This document shows, in pieces, positions 24,001-37,142 of a stretch of DNA of 48,034 nucleotides (the stretch's first letter is position 1; every line of letters begins with the position of its first letter). The notes below the pieces were generated by a model. It ran no database searches. It was not told where the DNA came from and was given only the letters and a program-made list of their open reading frames with translations. The stretch is taken from positions 1-48,034 of the forward strand of contig JAVECL010000126.1 of assembly GCA_051942245.1 (NCBI GenBank). The letters run 5' to 3'. A program made the position numbers and the translations under genes. This DNA comes from Trypethelium eluteriae. Taxonomy: Eukaryota.

Positions 24001-24138
24001 TGCAGGCATCAATCAGCACACGTCAAGGGACTGGGCTGCGGTTCAGGACGGACCTTGATATGTTCGGGTGTGACCCGATGGAGCGGAAGCGTCTGGACTG
24101 GGTGTTTGCGCCTCTGGTGGAACTGAAGGGTGGTCCAT
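21087..24138 (-). CDS. Zn(II)2Cys6 transcription factor, Aro80-like; exons 24138-24054, 23999-22209 and 22159-21087
   Basis: The spliced sequence reads HTRTYQACIPCRRRKVRCDLG..PPCSRCRRESKEC. The middle region has RFVRAGWFT, GLRTLGTVESLLLLTEWHPR and WRSDRMCWMLLG. Introns at 24000-24053 and 22160-22208 have consensus sites. Confidence 0.9.
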
Positions 24139-25395
24139 GATAGCGTGGATGAGCAGGATGGGGGGGGGGGATGGCGGTGGTAGCTTGCCGACGCAAACCG
24201 AGGCTGCACAAACCCGGTACGGGCACGACGTACTCGGTATGCGCTATTGTACCTACTAGTAGTAGCGGTGCGGTATCGTATGAGACGGAAGGATGGAGAT
24301 CAAGAGGGTCTGTGCTTACACTCTCCTGCCCTCTCTGCCTCACTGACCGAAAGGTGGACAGAAGGTGTTGCAATTATGTCTTGTGCGCTCGACGGGAGAC
24401 AAAATATTTTCGGGTCAAACGTGGTGTCACACGGCCCAGGCTTTTCGTACAAGGGACTCGGCCAGTGTACCTGTAGTGAATATAGCCGCGAGAGGCGAGG
24501 TGAGGTGAGCAAACCTGGCTTACACACCTTGACGAGCCCAGCTCCATATTTTGTGTGAGAGCCCATGACGATACTGATCGAAACTCTCACTGCTAGAGAG
24601 ACTTCAAAGATCTCATTTTCAGCACGGCCTTTGCTCTTCTGTGCTCTGGCGAGAAGGAATGACGGAAAGAGCTCACAGATCCTTTCAGAGAACTTATCGT
24701 ACAAGTCGAACAGCGGACTTCATCGACATGCGTCATGCTCTCCTCGAAATCAAGGTTCTACTGCACAGGCGTTTACATTCTTCAATTTCTGAAGCATGAT
24801 TTTACAAGCATGATATTCCTGATAGAGCATACTTGGCATGTGCGGTGTAGGCTTGGCCAATTGTCTGCTGAGTATAATGCTCCTTATCTAGCAGTTCAAG
24901 TCCCTTGCTTTGTATGCTCGACAGGTTATTGTATTCGCATTATCCAAGGTGCGTTATTGCTTCGATCCCCACGAGGTCCACTCGCAGCTTGTCCAACATC
25001 AAGTTCTGTGACTGCTGGTAAGCGATTACAACACATTTCGTAAAAGTTTCCGCCCAGGAGATGATTCTATCAGCACCACCAAATTTGATCACTATACCTT
25101 TGTAATTACATGGGCTTCTCAAAAAATGCAGACAACAGGAACACGTCTGGGTATAGATCACCATGACGTCTTTTGTGGCGGAACTCACATACAGTCCCTC
25201 CGTCGAAAGCCTCCGCATTAGATTTTGTATTCCATTACATACGCTACAGGCTATTTGACCAATGAAAGTCGCATGAGCAGAGATGCTCGCAGCGATATTT
25301 GCAACCGCAACTCCTGCGTGAAGGATTGACTTCAGTTTGTGTAGTGTTCGGAGTTCGTTTGGAACCATGATCAAAAGGGGAACCGCCAATACTTC

Positions 25396-28300
25396 TCATG
25401 CACGCGCTTGGCTTGCCTTCGTGACAAGCATACCTACTTCACTCAAGTCAGCTGCTCCCATGATGTCAAAAATTGCCACATCTGCATCCAGCTCCTTTTG
25501 GAAGAAGTTCCTCAACTCTATGGCCAGTAGCGAATCGACTCCGAGGGCATGCAGGGGCTTGGAAGTATCCACATCCTCAGCCGGTACCCCAAGCGCCTTT
25601 GTCAACATTCGCACAAGCCCTTCCACTACCACTCGAGCTGCATCCTCAAATGTCGGAGCTTCCCGGAATAATGAAGCATCGTTGGCCAGTTCAACTTCGT
25701 CAATCGCATTAGCTGATCCCAGAGACTTGTCCTGTATGAGCTGAGCCCAGCGTCGGGAAGTTCTTCTGCGAGTCCACGGTACCGTCCTCAACTGTAGCTC
25801 ATCTCCCGATGGTATGTTGAGACCGGTTATGACTTGTTGTGACGAAGCCGTATCAATCGAGAGATTAGGGTCGCAGTAGTATTCGAGTAGAGCGTGCACC
25901 TCTGCGATCGAGATCGCCTTGAAGAACTTGTTGTTCTCAAAGAACGCTTTCAGAGCAACGTTTTCTGCCACAGCGCCTTCTGCATTCACCCACCCGAGGT
26001 TGATCGTCGTAGCTTTTTCCTGATGCCGAGCTCGATGGTACACAAATTCGTCCATGTATGTATTCGCAGCAGCATAGTTGGCTTGACCGCCATTGCCAAT
26101 GATGCTACTGATAGAAGAAAGGCATATGAAGAAATCCATTCCTCGAGGTAACAGTTGATGAAGATTCCACGTTCCTTGCACCTTAGGCTCGCATGCAGTA
26201 GCCCAATCCTCGAAAGACATGTTTTTGAGAGTGATATCCTACCATCAGATGTTAGCACACGCTAGGGTCAACGGATAGCTACTTACTCTTAAGATCATTG
26301 CCGCTTGGATGCATCCTTTGACTGGTGGCATCGTCTGGGTGCAATGTTCGAGAGCAACAGACAATGATTCTCTGTTATTGACGTCACATGCTGGACAGGC
26401 GACCTGAACATCGAGGGCCGCAAGCTCCTCCGTCAACTGTTTGGCTGTTTGGGATTTAGTACCGGACCGACTGAGCAGTATCAAGTATCGTGCTCCTCGC
26501 TGTACCATCCATCGAGCTATATCCCGTCCTAAGCCACCTGTGCCACCTACAATCAGATATGAGTTCGTAGCGCTGAAATTGTAGCTATGCTTCGTGGCGA
26601 TAGTAGCCTTTTTGCATGTCAGAAAGCGTCAATTATCAGGCTGGCTGGACATTACCTGAACAAGATCGTGTTTTCTCATCTCAATGATCATTTTGCCAAA
26701 CACCTTCCCACTTTGGAACAATCTCAACGCTTCCGATATTTCCGAAATTCCGAGTGTTTGTATCGGGCTTGGAGGAGAAAGGATCTTCTCCGAAAGAAGA
26801 CGCATCACGGCTGCAAGACTCTCTCTTACGAGGGAAGGCTGTTCGCTCGCTAATACAGGTAAGTCGAACGCGCAATAGGCACAACTCTTCCTGAACTGCC
26901 ACATTGGCAGCTGATTGTGGCTTAGGATGTCACGCGTTCCGATCTCAACAAAGCGGCCGAGCTACGAGAAGTTAGCAGTATTCTGACACTCCTGCAAGAT
27001 ACATGTTACACACCGGACCGATACATGCCCATGTTGCTTTGAGCTCTTTGCCTGAGAGGGAGTTCAGGACCACATCAACCCCGCGACCGTTAGTCTCTCT
27101 CATGATTCCAGACACGAAAGACGTATTTCGGCTATAAAAAATGTTTTTCTCGTCTATGCCGTATCTTTCCACCATGAGTTTTTTCTTTTCCGTTGATGAC
27201 ACCGTGACGAAGATGTTGGCTCCGATGTATTTTGCTACCTGGATTGCAGCTTGGCCAGTACCCCCAGCTCCGGCATGTATCAGGATAGACTCTCGGGGTT
27301 GAAGTCTAGCCATGACGTGCACACAGTACCATGCCGTCACGTACGTGATAGGAATGGAACTTGCTTCGGCAAAAGAGATATTTTCTGGAAGTTTGACCGC
27401 AAAATCAGCCGGCCCACGTGTGTAGGTCTGGAAGGAATTTCGGAACATGGCAGCCACGCGATCTCCAGGTTTGAATCCTGACTCTCGACCCGCTCGATGG
27501 ACAATTCCAGAGCACTCGAGTCCCAAAAATGTCGTTTCGAGTTGTCCGAGCACCGTCAGACAATCTCGGAAATTGACACCTGCGCAGTTGACCTCGACTT
27601 CGATTTCGCCAGGAGCAAGCGGATTATCCACGGTGGCATCTTCCACAAAGTGCAACGAGTCCAGAAGTCCGAGTGTGCCTATGCGCAATGCCAACGGCGG
27701 ACCCTCGCCGAATTCCTGCTTGGCCGTTCGACTCAGCGTCATCAAGCTTTGGACTGAGCGACTCATCCGCGAGGCAGGTGACACTCGAGAGATGCATAAC
27801 CGATCATCCTTTTCCCGATACTCTGGCTCAAAATCATCAGCAGAGTCAGCCAGAGACTGGTCAAAGACGCGTAATATCTTCTCCGTCGCGCCCAAAGGCG
27901 ATAAATACTTGGCCTCTAGGGCGAGAGTAATCAACTCCAACTGCGGCGTCTCCGTGAGGGCAGTCCTCGATAGTCCGTCTATCAGATGCAGACGAGGATC
28001 ACCTTCTCCATTCCCTCCTCCGCTAGTCACCCATAGAATCCTGGGGGCAGTAGTCAGAACCCGTTTCAGTTGGGTAAACTTCTCGGCATCGAGACCGGCT
28101 ACAAAAGCCGTATCCACCTCATGCAGGAAAATCAAGGTTCTATCCTGCAAATCGCTTCGTTCGGCCACGGCGGCCAAAGAAGTGACTTCTGGAGAGAAGG
28201 AATGCCTAGACTTTAGTTCTTGTTTCAACTGCGCTCCAATTTCAGTCTGTAGCTCTGTATCTGTTGTCAAGATTAGGGGAGATTGTTCGGAATTGGGTGT

Positions 28301-31300
28301 GACCCCGTTACTGTTCTCCTGTGACGCTGTCGCTGTCGAGATGAGGAAGCTGTACTCATGGCATGCATCGTCGACGTAGTCTCGTATCTCCAGATCAATT
28401 CCAGAAAATCCAGAGTCGCGCAACGCTTCGTCCCACGCATCGGTCGTGACCCATGGTGCCAGATGTCGCTCTTTTTCTTCGCCTTTAACGGCAGTCAGCA
28501 GGTCGTTCATCTTTCTACGGACATGCAAACATACTGCTCCACCATTCTGGCAAAAGTCCAAAGGCAAATGAAGCTCTCATCGCATAATAAACCATCTCGA
28601 GGAATATGATTTTCCCGCCACTATGTTTGTAAGTCTCAGAAAGATTACTCTGTTCATGAAAAGGAGCTTATTAGTTCAGGAACTTACGGCTTGAGTAGCT
28701 TTCGGACGTGATGCATTGTGTTCTTTAGGTTTTTAGTAGCATGAAGAACCTGTGGACTTGTCAGTTTTGGTTTCCAAGTGGAAGCACACATCTTACACTA
28801 CCAGCAATGATAACATCATAAGTACCATCTGCAACATCCTGTTGTGCTGGATCCTTCTCGATGTCCAAGGCAAAGTACTTGATCTTTTCGCCATATTGTG
28901 CAAATTTCTCGGCAGCAGATATGAGATGTTCTCCTGAAATGTCAGTAAAATCATACTGAGAACAAGTGAGCGTATTTGGCAGATCTTCGTCATGAGCATT
29001 CAATGCGTCTAGAATGTGATTCGTCAATGTGCCTGACCCGGCACCGACTTCGAGAACCTTGAGCGACGGATTCTTGTGTATCAATAAATCCAAGTACTGA
29101 GTCAGAGGCCCGTAGTCTATGATTTGCTCACTGAGCACTTGGTCAAAACGCGAAGTCAGATTGTTCTCATCAAACAGCGCCTGCGGATCTACCTCTCCCT
29201 TCAGTACGGACAATAAATTGCGTCCAAGCGTGAGGAAGAAGGACCCTTGTGCAGTAGATTCGAGACGCATGTAGTGGTCCCTACGAGAATGCTCATTGGT
29301 AGATAACCGCTTCCACTTTGGGTGATCAGGACTCAGGTGAGGGAGTCTACCATCATGGAAATATCCCAGCCAACGCTGCATCCACTCAGTGTAGTGATCC
29401 AAATGAGATGCAGGTTTTCTGAGGTTATTCTGTGGCAGATTCTGTAAAGCTTCTGACATATGCATGAGTAATGCGAACCCAAGGCCTTGGTAGAAGTCAC
29501 TGTCGTCTGTTCGAGGAGCTCGAGCGCCCTCACAATGTCCAGAAAGCTCCTGATCACTAAGAAGATCCAAGTCTGCCTTCCAATCCCAACTGTAACAGGG
29601 ACTCGAGTTCTCACCGAACGCACGTCTGCTATCAGCGGAACCAATAAGTGTGCCTTCAGACTCTTCGATCTTTAGCATAGGAGACCCGGTGACGACATCG
29701 GCAACAGTATATTCTGTTCGAGCTTTCCGTGGACCAACCATGGTCGCATCGGCAACGACATCGGTGAGAGCGTCTTGCGGAAAGTTGACGCCATCGGCCC
29801 GAACCCACAACTTTCCGAGGCGGGTTGGTAGGATCGCCGGGAGATCCCTTTTCGTACCGTTAGAAAGAGCGATGATCGCAGTTTGCAGTACTGCGTCGAG
29901 AGTGGCGGGATGTATGATATGTGGCTGGGGCTCGCCGTTTCCGGGACTGGACCACTGGAATACTTGCACGTTTGCAAGCACACCAGTATCGCCGTCGTAT
30001 CTAGCCCCTTGGATGCCCCGGAAAGCAGGTCCGTAGTCAAGTCCTTGGCCGGAAAAATAATTGTATATGCGTTCTGCTGTAAGTTCCTCTCGACAATTAC
30101 GTCTTGTAAGCTCGAATAGTCGGTCATTTTCAGCGGCAAAAGCCAAAGCCTCCTTGCCATTATCGATGTCGTTTGTAGGTTCCTCGACTTCTACTTCAGC
30201 AGAGCCAGTGCAACATTCCTGCCAGCGCTCATTGAGATACCCCAAAAGTACGAAGTCCCACGATATGCCCTTGCCCTTAGTAGGCCGAAATATGAACTCG
30301 TATTCGACTCCTTTCGCATCCGGTGGAACAATCAACCCCCTCGGGAAGGCTGTGTCTGACAACTTGTAGCCAGTAACGCGGTGACGTCCATTGTAAAGTT
30401 GTTTCGTAGCCTCAAGTGCCATCACTAGCATTCCCGCCGCTGGATACATGATAGCACCATTAACCTATCGAAGCTCGTTAATGACCATCTCGTTAACCTC
30501 AGTATCGAACCTGAAAACAAGATAAACCTACTTTATGATCTTGAATCCAAGGCTGTTCGGGCACTCTAAGGAAGTTCCGCCAGCGCGGCTCCAGCTCATT
30601 CCAATCAGGAACGGTAGTTCCAAGCAAGTCAACTCTTGGATGTTTGCGCAGTCGATACCCGTCCTTGCTGAATCGACCTTCATTCCAATAGCTCTGAGAG
30701 TGATCAAATGAGTAGGATGGAAGATTTGGCAGCGCGATATGTCTTCCATTGTACCTCTCTGCTTCTGTGTTTGCCTGCAGGATGTCAACGTGGTGGCCAG
30801 AACAAGACAGTTTGCCCATAGCATCCAGAAAAGCTAATGAGGCCGAGGAAGAGCGGGACAATGTGGACAGATAGGAAACATCTTGAGCATTTGCCGCCTC
30901 TAAAGTATCGCGTATAGGTCTTCGTAGGGCAGCATCTGGGCCAATCTCGAGCAATTCGGTGACAGTTGCCTTTACGGCAATGGCACCGCTCCTCTTCAAT
31001 CCCGATTTTGGAGTAGAACAAAGTCGCTGAATTGCATCAGTAAACAGGACAGGATTCACCATGTTATCGACCCAATATTGAGCGGTTTGGACGTCTGCCG
31101 CAGAGATACGAGCACCGGTGACTGATGAAATCATGTACAAGCTTGTCTTCTGAGGCTCACCGGCCTCCAGCTGTCCCATCATCGATAGGTACTTGGGAGC
31201 TATTGCCTTCATGAAAGGGGAATGGTAAGGTACTTTGACTTTGAGCACTCGGGCGAAGACATTTTCGCGATCCAAGATAGACTTCAACCAGTCTATTTGT

Positions 31301-34199
31301 TCCTTCTTGCCGGATATGGTCAAATTTCTCGGACTGTTCTTGCACGCTACGTTGATGTCTTGGCTGCCGAAATGGGATCGTATTGAGTTGAAGTAGGGTT
31401 CGATTTCTCCGTCGGACAAGCCAACCGACATCATGGCACCACGGGATTCAACAGAAGCTTCAAGCTCGGCCGCGCATTTTCCACGGAAATATGCTATCTT
31501 GCACGCGCTTTGATGTGATATTGCGCCAATGGCGTACCTTTGAATCTTAGCCAGAATGTTAAATTCTCACGTTACAGACTTACGCTGCAGCAATTTCACC
31601 CGAACTATGACCAATAGCCACCAGTGGCTCCGTGTTAAGGGTTCTGAGGAGATCGACAATGCCGATTTGCAACGCAGTACATAGAGGTTGACTATAGGCC
31701 GCATCATTGACGCTGGAGGCGCCTTCTGGTTTCAGTAACTCATCTGTAATTGTCAGTAGGTGTAGAAAGCCTTGTTGCCGACAAAAGCATGGTATAGGTA
31801 CGGATTTGGGGAATGTGAAGGTGTGGAATTCATCTGTTGAGACCAGGTATTTACCTATGAGAAACCATTGACAACCCATTTCGTTCAAATACATCTCAGA
31901 CTTCCGAAGACTGTCCCGGAATACTGGGAATCGCAGCAGTGTTTCTGACATGGTTGCATATTGGGCGCCTTGTCCGGTAAAAACATACCCCAACTTTGGA
32001 TTCGACTTGGCCCGCACAGGTTTGGACATCTTTGTGGGTAGGGTTTCCAAGTCGGACAGTGATTCAACAACTGTAAACGATCGCCAGCTGAGCATACTTC
32101 GTCTTTTGGATAAGGTGTAGACTATGTTCTGTAGATAAGCATCAGCACTGTCCTTACCCAGATATCCAGCCGTCTCTTGTGGAATAGTACGGAGGCTCTC
32201 TGCAACGCGAGTGACACCATTCCGGTCCGAGGCTGACCATACTAAAAGCGCTGTCTTTTGGGTTTGCGATTTCGATTTAGGCAAATTCTCCATGGTGGTC
32301 TGTATGGAGTTCTTCACCATTGACGTATGGTAGCTTTCCTCAAAGGCCGCAAGAGAGGGGGGCTGTGGTAGAGTCCAGTGGTTGCCTTTCAGGCCCCGTA
32401 GGCGAAGAAAATTGTATGCGTCGTCAAGGATGACGTGGGTATTGGAGCCGCCGAAACCAAAATTTGAGATGGAAGCTCTCCTCAAGCCCTGAGAAGGCCA
32501 TGGAGTGCTCTTGGTTGGGAACTTGAAACCAATCATCAGAATCTTCCAGACGCTTTTCTTTTACAGGTCATACCTTGAGGTTCAGATAATCCGCATCAAT
32601 TCCAGGATTCAAAATTTCAAAGTTTGCATTCGGGGGAATTATGCCCTTCTCTAGAACCATGATCGTTTTGATAAGCCCGGCAATGCCACTCGCTCCTTCC
32701 AGATGACCGACATTTGACTTCACCGCACCGCTTTCAGAGAATTAGCACTTCCATCATGATTTCACTTACTCATACTTGTAGAGTTGCTGATCTTGATCGA
32801 CTTACATGTACATAGGATCCGCAGAATTACGTGCCGATCGGAAGGCATTTCCGATAGCATTGGCTTCGATGGGATCACCAACCTAAGTATGATTAGAAGT
32901 CGTCAGGATATTCTGGTCGTGTCACTTACTGCTGTGCCTGTCCCATGTGCTTCGCAATACCTTGTGGTATCCATGTCCAAATTGACTTTGCTATAGGTCT
33001 CTCGGATTAAACGTTCCTGAGAGTCCCGACTTGGCTGAGTGATACCCGGTGTTCGGCCGTCCTGATTGGAACCAGTGGCTCTGATGACTGCTCGGATAGT
33101 ATCGTTTGCCTTTAGAGCATCTGACATTCTTTTCACAACCATGACCCCAAAGCCTTCGGCTCTACTGTAGCCCTTTCCTCGAGAGTCAAAGCTACGACAA
33201 AGACTGTCGGTTGAGGCAAAGTTCATTCGCGACAGGGTAATGGAGGAGTCTATATCGAGAATCGTGTTGATTCCGCCGACAAGGGCCTATCCAATATGAG
33301 CAGGCGTACAATGCGGTAGGTAGGCTGGTTTACCATATCTGTTTCTCCATTTTGAAGACCTTGACAGGCTACATCAAGAGCAACCATGCTACTCGAGCAT
33401 GCTGTGTCTATAGACATAGATGGCCCCAAGAGATTGTAAAACCAGCTGACCCGATTCGACAGCATAGCCATCGCGAGACCGGCGCTCGAATGGATGGGGA
33501 TGAAGTCATGACTACGCAAGTTGATGGATTTGTAGTCATCAGAAGAGCAGCCTACGTGAACTGATGTCCTGGAGCCGGATACTTCTTCTAGAGGAATGCC
33601 AGCTAGATCAAAGTTAGAGAAGTCTGGGCACTTGAAGTGTTCACGTGCTTACCATTCTCTAGTGCGTGATATGTAGTCTCAAGTAGCACTCGCTGCTGTG
33701 GATCCATCGCTTCAGCTTCGGCTGCAGTGATGGTAAAGAAAGGCGCATCGAATGCACTTGGGAGCGTGCCTAGGAAGTGGCCTCCACGAAATGGAACCTG
33801 TTTCGTGTTAGTATCTGAAATGACGGTAATATTCGATGAACTCACCGAATCTGATCGATTGGTATCAGGATGATAGAATGCATCGATATTGACCCTATCC
33901 TCCGGGAATTGGCTCATTACACATCGCTTTTCAAGGAGAATCCGCCAAAAGTCCTGCACAGATGTCGCTTCTTGGGGGAGGGTAAAGGCGAATCCCGTCA
34001 CCGCCAACGGTTCGCGACTGTTCTGAAAGAGAGCGGAATGATCATCTGGTTTAAGAGCAGTATGAGGTTTGCCTGGATCTAAAGGACGAGATTGGGGTTC
34101 GGGATAAGTCACGGCATCCTTGCTGAGTTTGTCCGTGACATAGATTGGCGTCGTCCCATTGATCTCTTGCTCTAGAGAGTTGACAATTCCTGGTGCCAT
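25396..34199 (-). CDS. Highly reducing iterative type I polyketide synthase (KS-AT-DH-cMT-ER-KR-ACP), multi-exon
   Basis: [126 protein letters not shown]. The ORF segments are separated by many short introns, not all of which were traced exactly. Confidence 0.95.
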
Positions 34200-35839
34200 T
34201 ATTGTTATTTTTTTCAGGTTTGATAATATGTTATCTGTTCAGCAAAGTCAAGACAATGTTGTAGGCAGTTTCTGGACTCCTGAAGACCGGAATCTGCAGA
34301 GAAACACATTTGCCGGGGTTTCTAAGATGAGGCGACTCATTGATATAAGTTTTCTGGAAGAATAGCATGCTGGCCCAGCTCGGATCCTGTAGCAAGGAGA
34401 CCCTTGTGGTTGCCGATTGGCAATGCATCTCACAGATCGGCAATAGAGTCTAAATGCCATGGTTTCAGAATCACCTATCTGAGCAAGATAAGAACCGTAG
34501 GAATGGAAGCCTGCAGGTCGGGGGAAACTGGAGCTGTGTACGATATGGAAGCGTGAAAGGGTGGAGTGAGAGGCACAGATGCAGATGGTTCGATGTTGAA
34601 CCCTGTCGGTGGCTTTTCTATCTTCCTAGCCTTTGTGGAGTATTATATGGCCTGAGAGGTCAATACCTTGGCACTTCACCGATCTCTAGATCGTTGATCG
34701 ATTCTACTTGAAACATCAATATTCAACAAAGCGCTTTAAATTATAGGTTGACTTTAATACTAGTTGCCTATTTCTGAATACGGATTTTTGTGTCAGAAAT
34801 TTGTCTCTGATGTTGTTCCGGAGGTGAGTTGTTATTCTAAACTGATCATTACCGAAACATAAAGTAATTCTATGTAAAATTAGACTAAATCACTTATTGA
34901 TACTAGATGTCAAATTCTAGAATCGTATAAAATAGACTCCATTCCGATTGGTCCAGAAAATGGCAAACCACTATACCAAAGTTCTACTTTAGACTTTGCA
35001 AAGCGTTTGGCAATTTGGTGGAGTGTTGGCGGAGCTCTTCACATCAGGTGCAGAGGCCAATTGGGATCCAGCCCATCAGCCACTGCAAGAAGCCTCACAG
35101 CTTGGAATTCCTGCATCTGCATTTCGTATTCTACCAAGTTCCGAACGTAAGGTAACGGCTAATGCCGGTGCTCGTTCCGTTCCGCGGCACCACTCACCCA
35201 TGTCAGCATGCATGATCTTCCCGTTTAATGCACTCCTTTCCTGTCGTTCCGAAAGGATGATCGAACATGTGCATAAAGGCAGGGTCCACCAACTTCGAGG
35301 GACGAGCGAACTTCTTAGATCGAACCAACCAACGATGCTCGTGAACGTGTTGTTCTTCAGCCGATTATCAAGATGCCTACCCACATGTAAGGCAACCGTT
35401 CACCAGAGACGCCTATCGAGAATCGGCAGGGTTATGAGACAGCAACATTTTCTTCATCCATTATTTCGTGCTTCGTACAGAGGCCTTGGCATAAGCCCAT
35501 TCGCCCTGCCAAGCAGACGATAGAAGCGTCAGGAATTGGCCGTCGTGCCTACTCTACGTCGAGTTGATGCTCTACCAGACTTTGAGATCGCTGTAGACAG
35601 TGCACGACTCATCACGAAAAAAGTGCCCCCATTTCCTGCGCCATGAAAATCTCCAACTGAAGTAGCCCTATCTGCAAATCATTCTCTTAGTCTGATACGC
35701 ATACGATGTAGACATCGTTCTCTACCCCTCACACTAATACTCAATTATAAATTCATATGGATTTAGCCATCAGTTTTTCATTTCATTTATCAACTTTAAC
35801 TAAATCTGCATTCAATCAGAAAACTCCACTGCAAGCATC

Positions 35840-36835
35840 ATGAGATTTCTTTGTCTACACGGAGCAATTACTAACAGCAAAGTTGGTCATGTTTTCCTTT
35901 GTGCTCCCAGTTCCACTTAGAATTGAGATCTCATCTGCTGGAGGTAATGAAAGCTAATTCTCGCATTTTGCGTAGATTTTCGAGCTACAGACTGGTGAGC
36001 TTTGCAATCGAGATCATCAAGATGAAACGAACCAGTTCAACTGATCCATGCAACTTCCGATAAGCTGCACTACGATATGCACTGAACGATGGCCATGAAT
36101 ATGATTTTGTCGAAGCACCCCATCCTTGTACCCCGTCTGAAGGTATGTACTGAGGTTCCGATGAGCACATTTGTTATCAATATTTACCTGTTCATTGTCG
36201 CTACGCATTGCCTTGAAGGGGCAAGCGCCTTTGGACCCATGCATGATTTCTCGTTGGTGTTTGGCCTTTATCTTGACGAGATCTGACTGGCCATAGAGTT
36301 TGCGAGCTTCAATGATTCAACAGACGAGGTTTCCAAGTGGATCGTCGAGCCAGCAATCGCAGCGGCGTTGCAGCAAACTGTGGACGATCTTGACACATAC
36401 ATCGCAGCAGAAGGCCCATTCGATGCAGTCATGGGATTCTCACAAGGAGCTAAGATGGCTGCAACTTACATCATACACAAGGCACGGCAGGATCCTCACC
36501 GGCAGCATATGCAGCCCACCTTCAAGTGTGCGGTATTTTTCTCTGGATCTCCCCCACTTGACCTTGTAGCATTGCAGCAGGGTTCGGCGAGAACGATGGA
36601 TTCGGAAATAGATGGTGAGGTCATTCATATACCTACGGTCCATTTTTGGGGTGTGACTGAGAGCGAAGACCCGACGTGTGGGCCAACTCTCAATCATCTG
36701 TGCAATGCCAAGTTGAGGCACACTGTTATTCATGCAGGCGGCCATGAGGTCCCTGGGCCCAAAGACAAGACATCGTTTGTGGCCGGCGTGGAGGCTATAC
36801 GCCAGGCCATTGGTCAGGCTTTGTTACAACGATAA
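35840..36835 (+). CDS. FSH1/LovG-like serine hydrolase (putative trans-acting thioesterase), 4 exons
   Basis: Spliced MRFLCLHGAITNSK|IFELQT|AALRYAL..YDFVEAP|..EGPFDAVMGFSQGA..IPTVHFWG..HAGGHEVP. It is transcribed divergently from the PKS. Confidence 0.88.
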
Positions 36836-37142
36836 TTTTCTTGAATCATGACCTGCACCGTGTTACCGGTCCTACTGCAGTTTGCATGCCAGTACAGAAG
36901 AAGAGAAGGAAGTAGCGATCTGAGAAATCGATATGTGGGGCTTTTCACTTTTTGTGATATTTCTTCAAGCTTGAAGATTCCTGTCGTTCAGACTTTGAAC
37001 AGATATATTGACGGCCAAGCTGTTTCTTTAGCAATCGCAAACGAAATACCTTAGTAGGTAGTCTATTGGGGCATATCCTTGCATATCTCACTGCTTCTAA
37101 TATTGGCTAGCTTTCTCTTATCAGCGCCAGGGTCATTGTTAC

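Noticed and set aside
27447..28379. 310-aa plus-strand ORF
   Set aside because: It is an antisense shadow of the PKS ER-region exon.
34996..35523. 175-aa ORF between the PKS and the hydrolase
   Set aside because: Non-ATG start, no motifs, and it lies in a bidirectional promoter.
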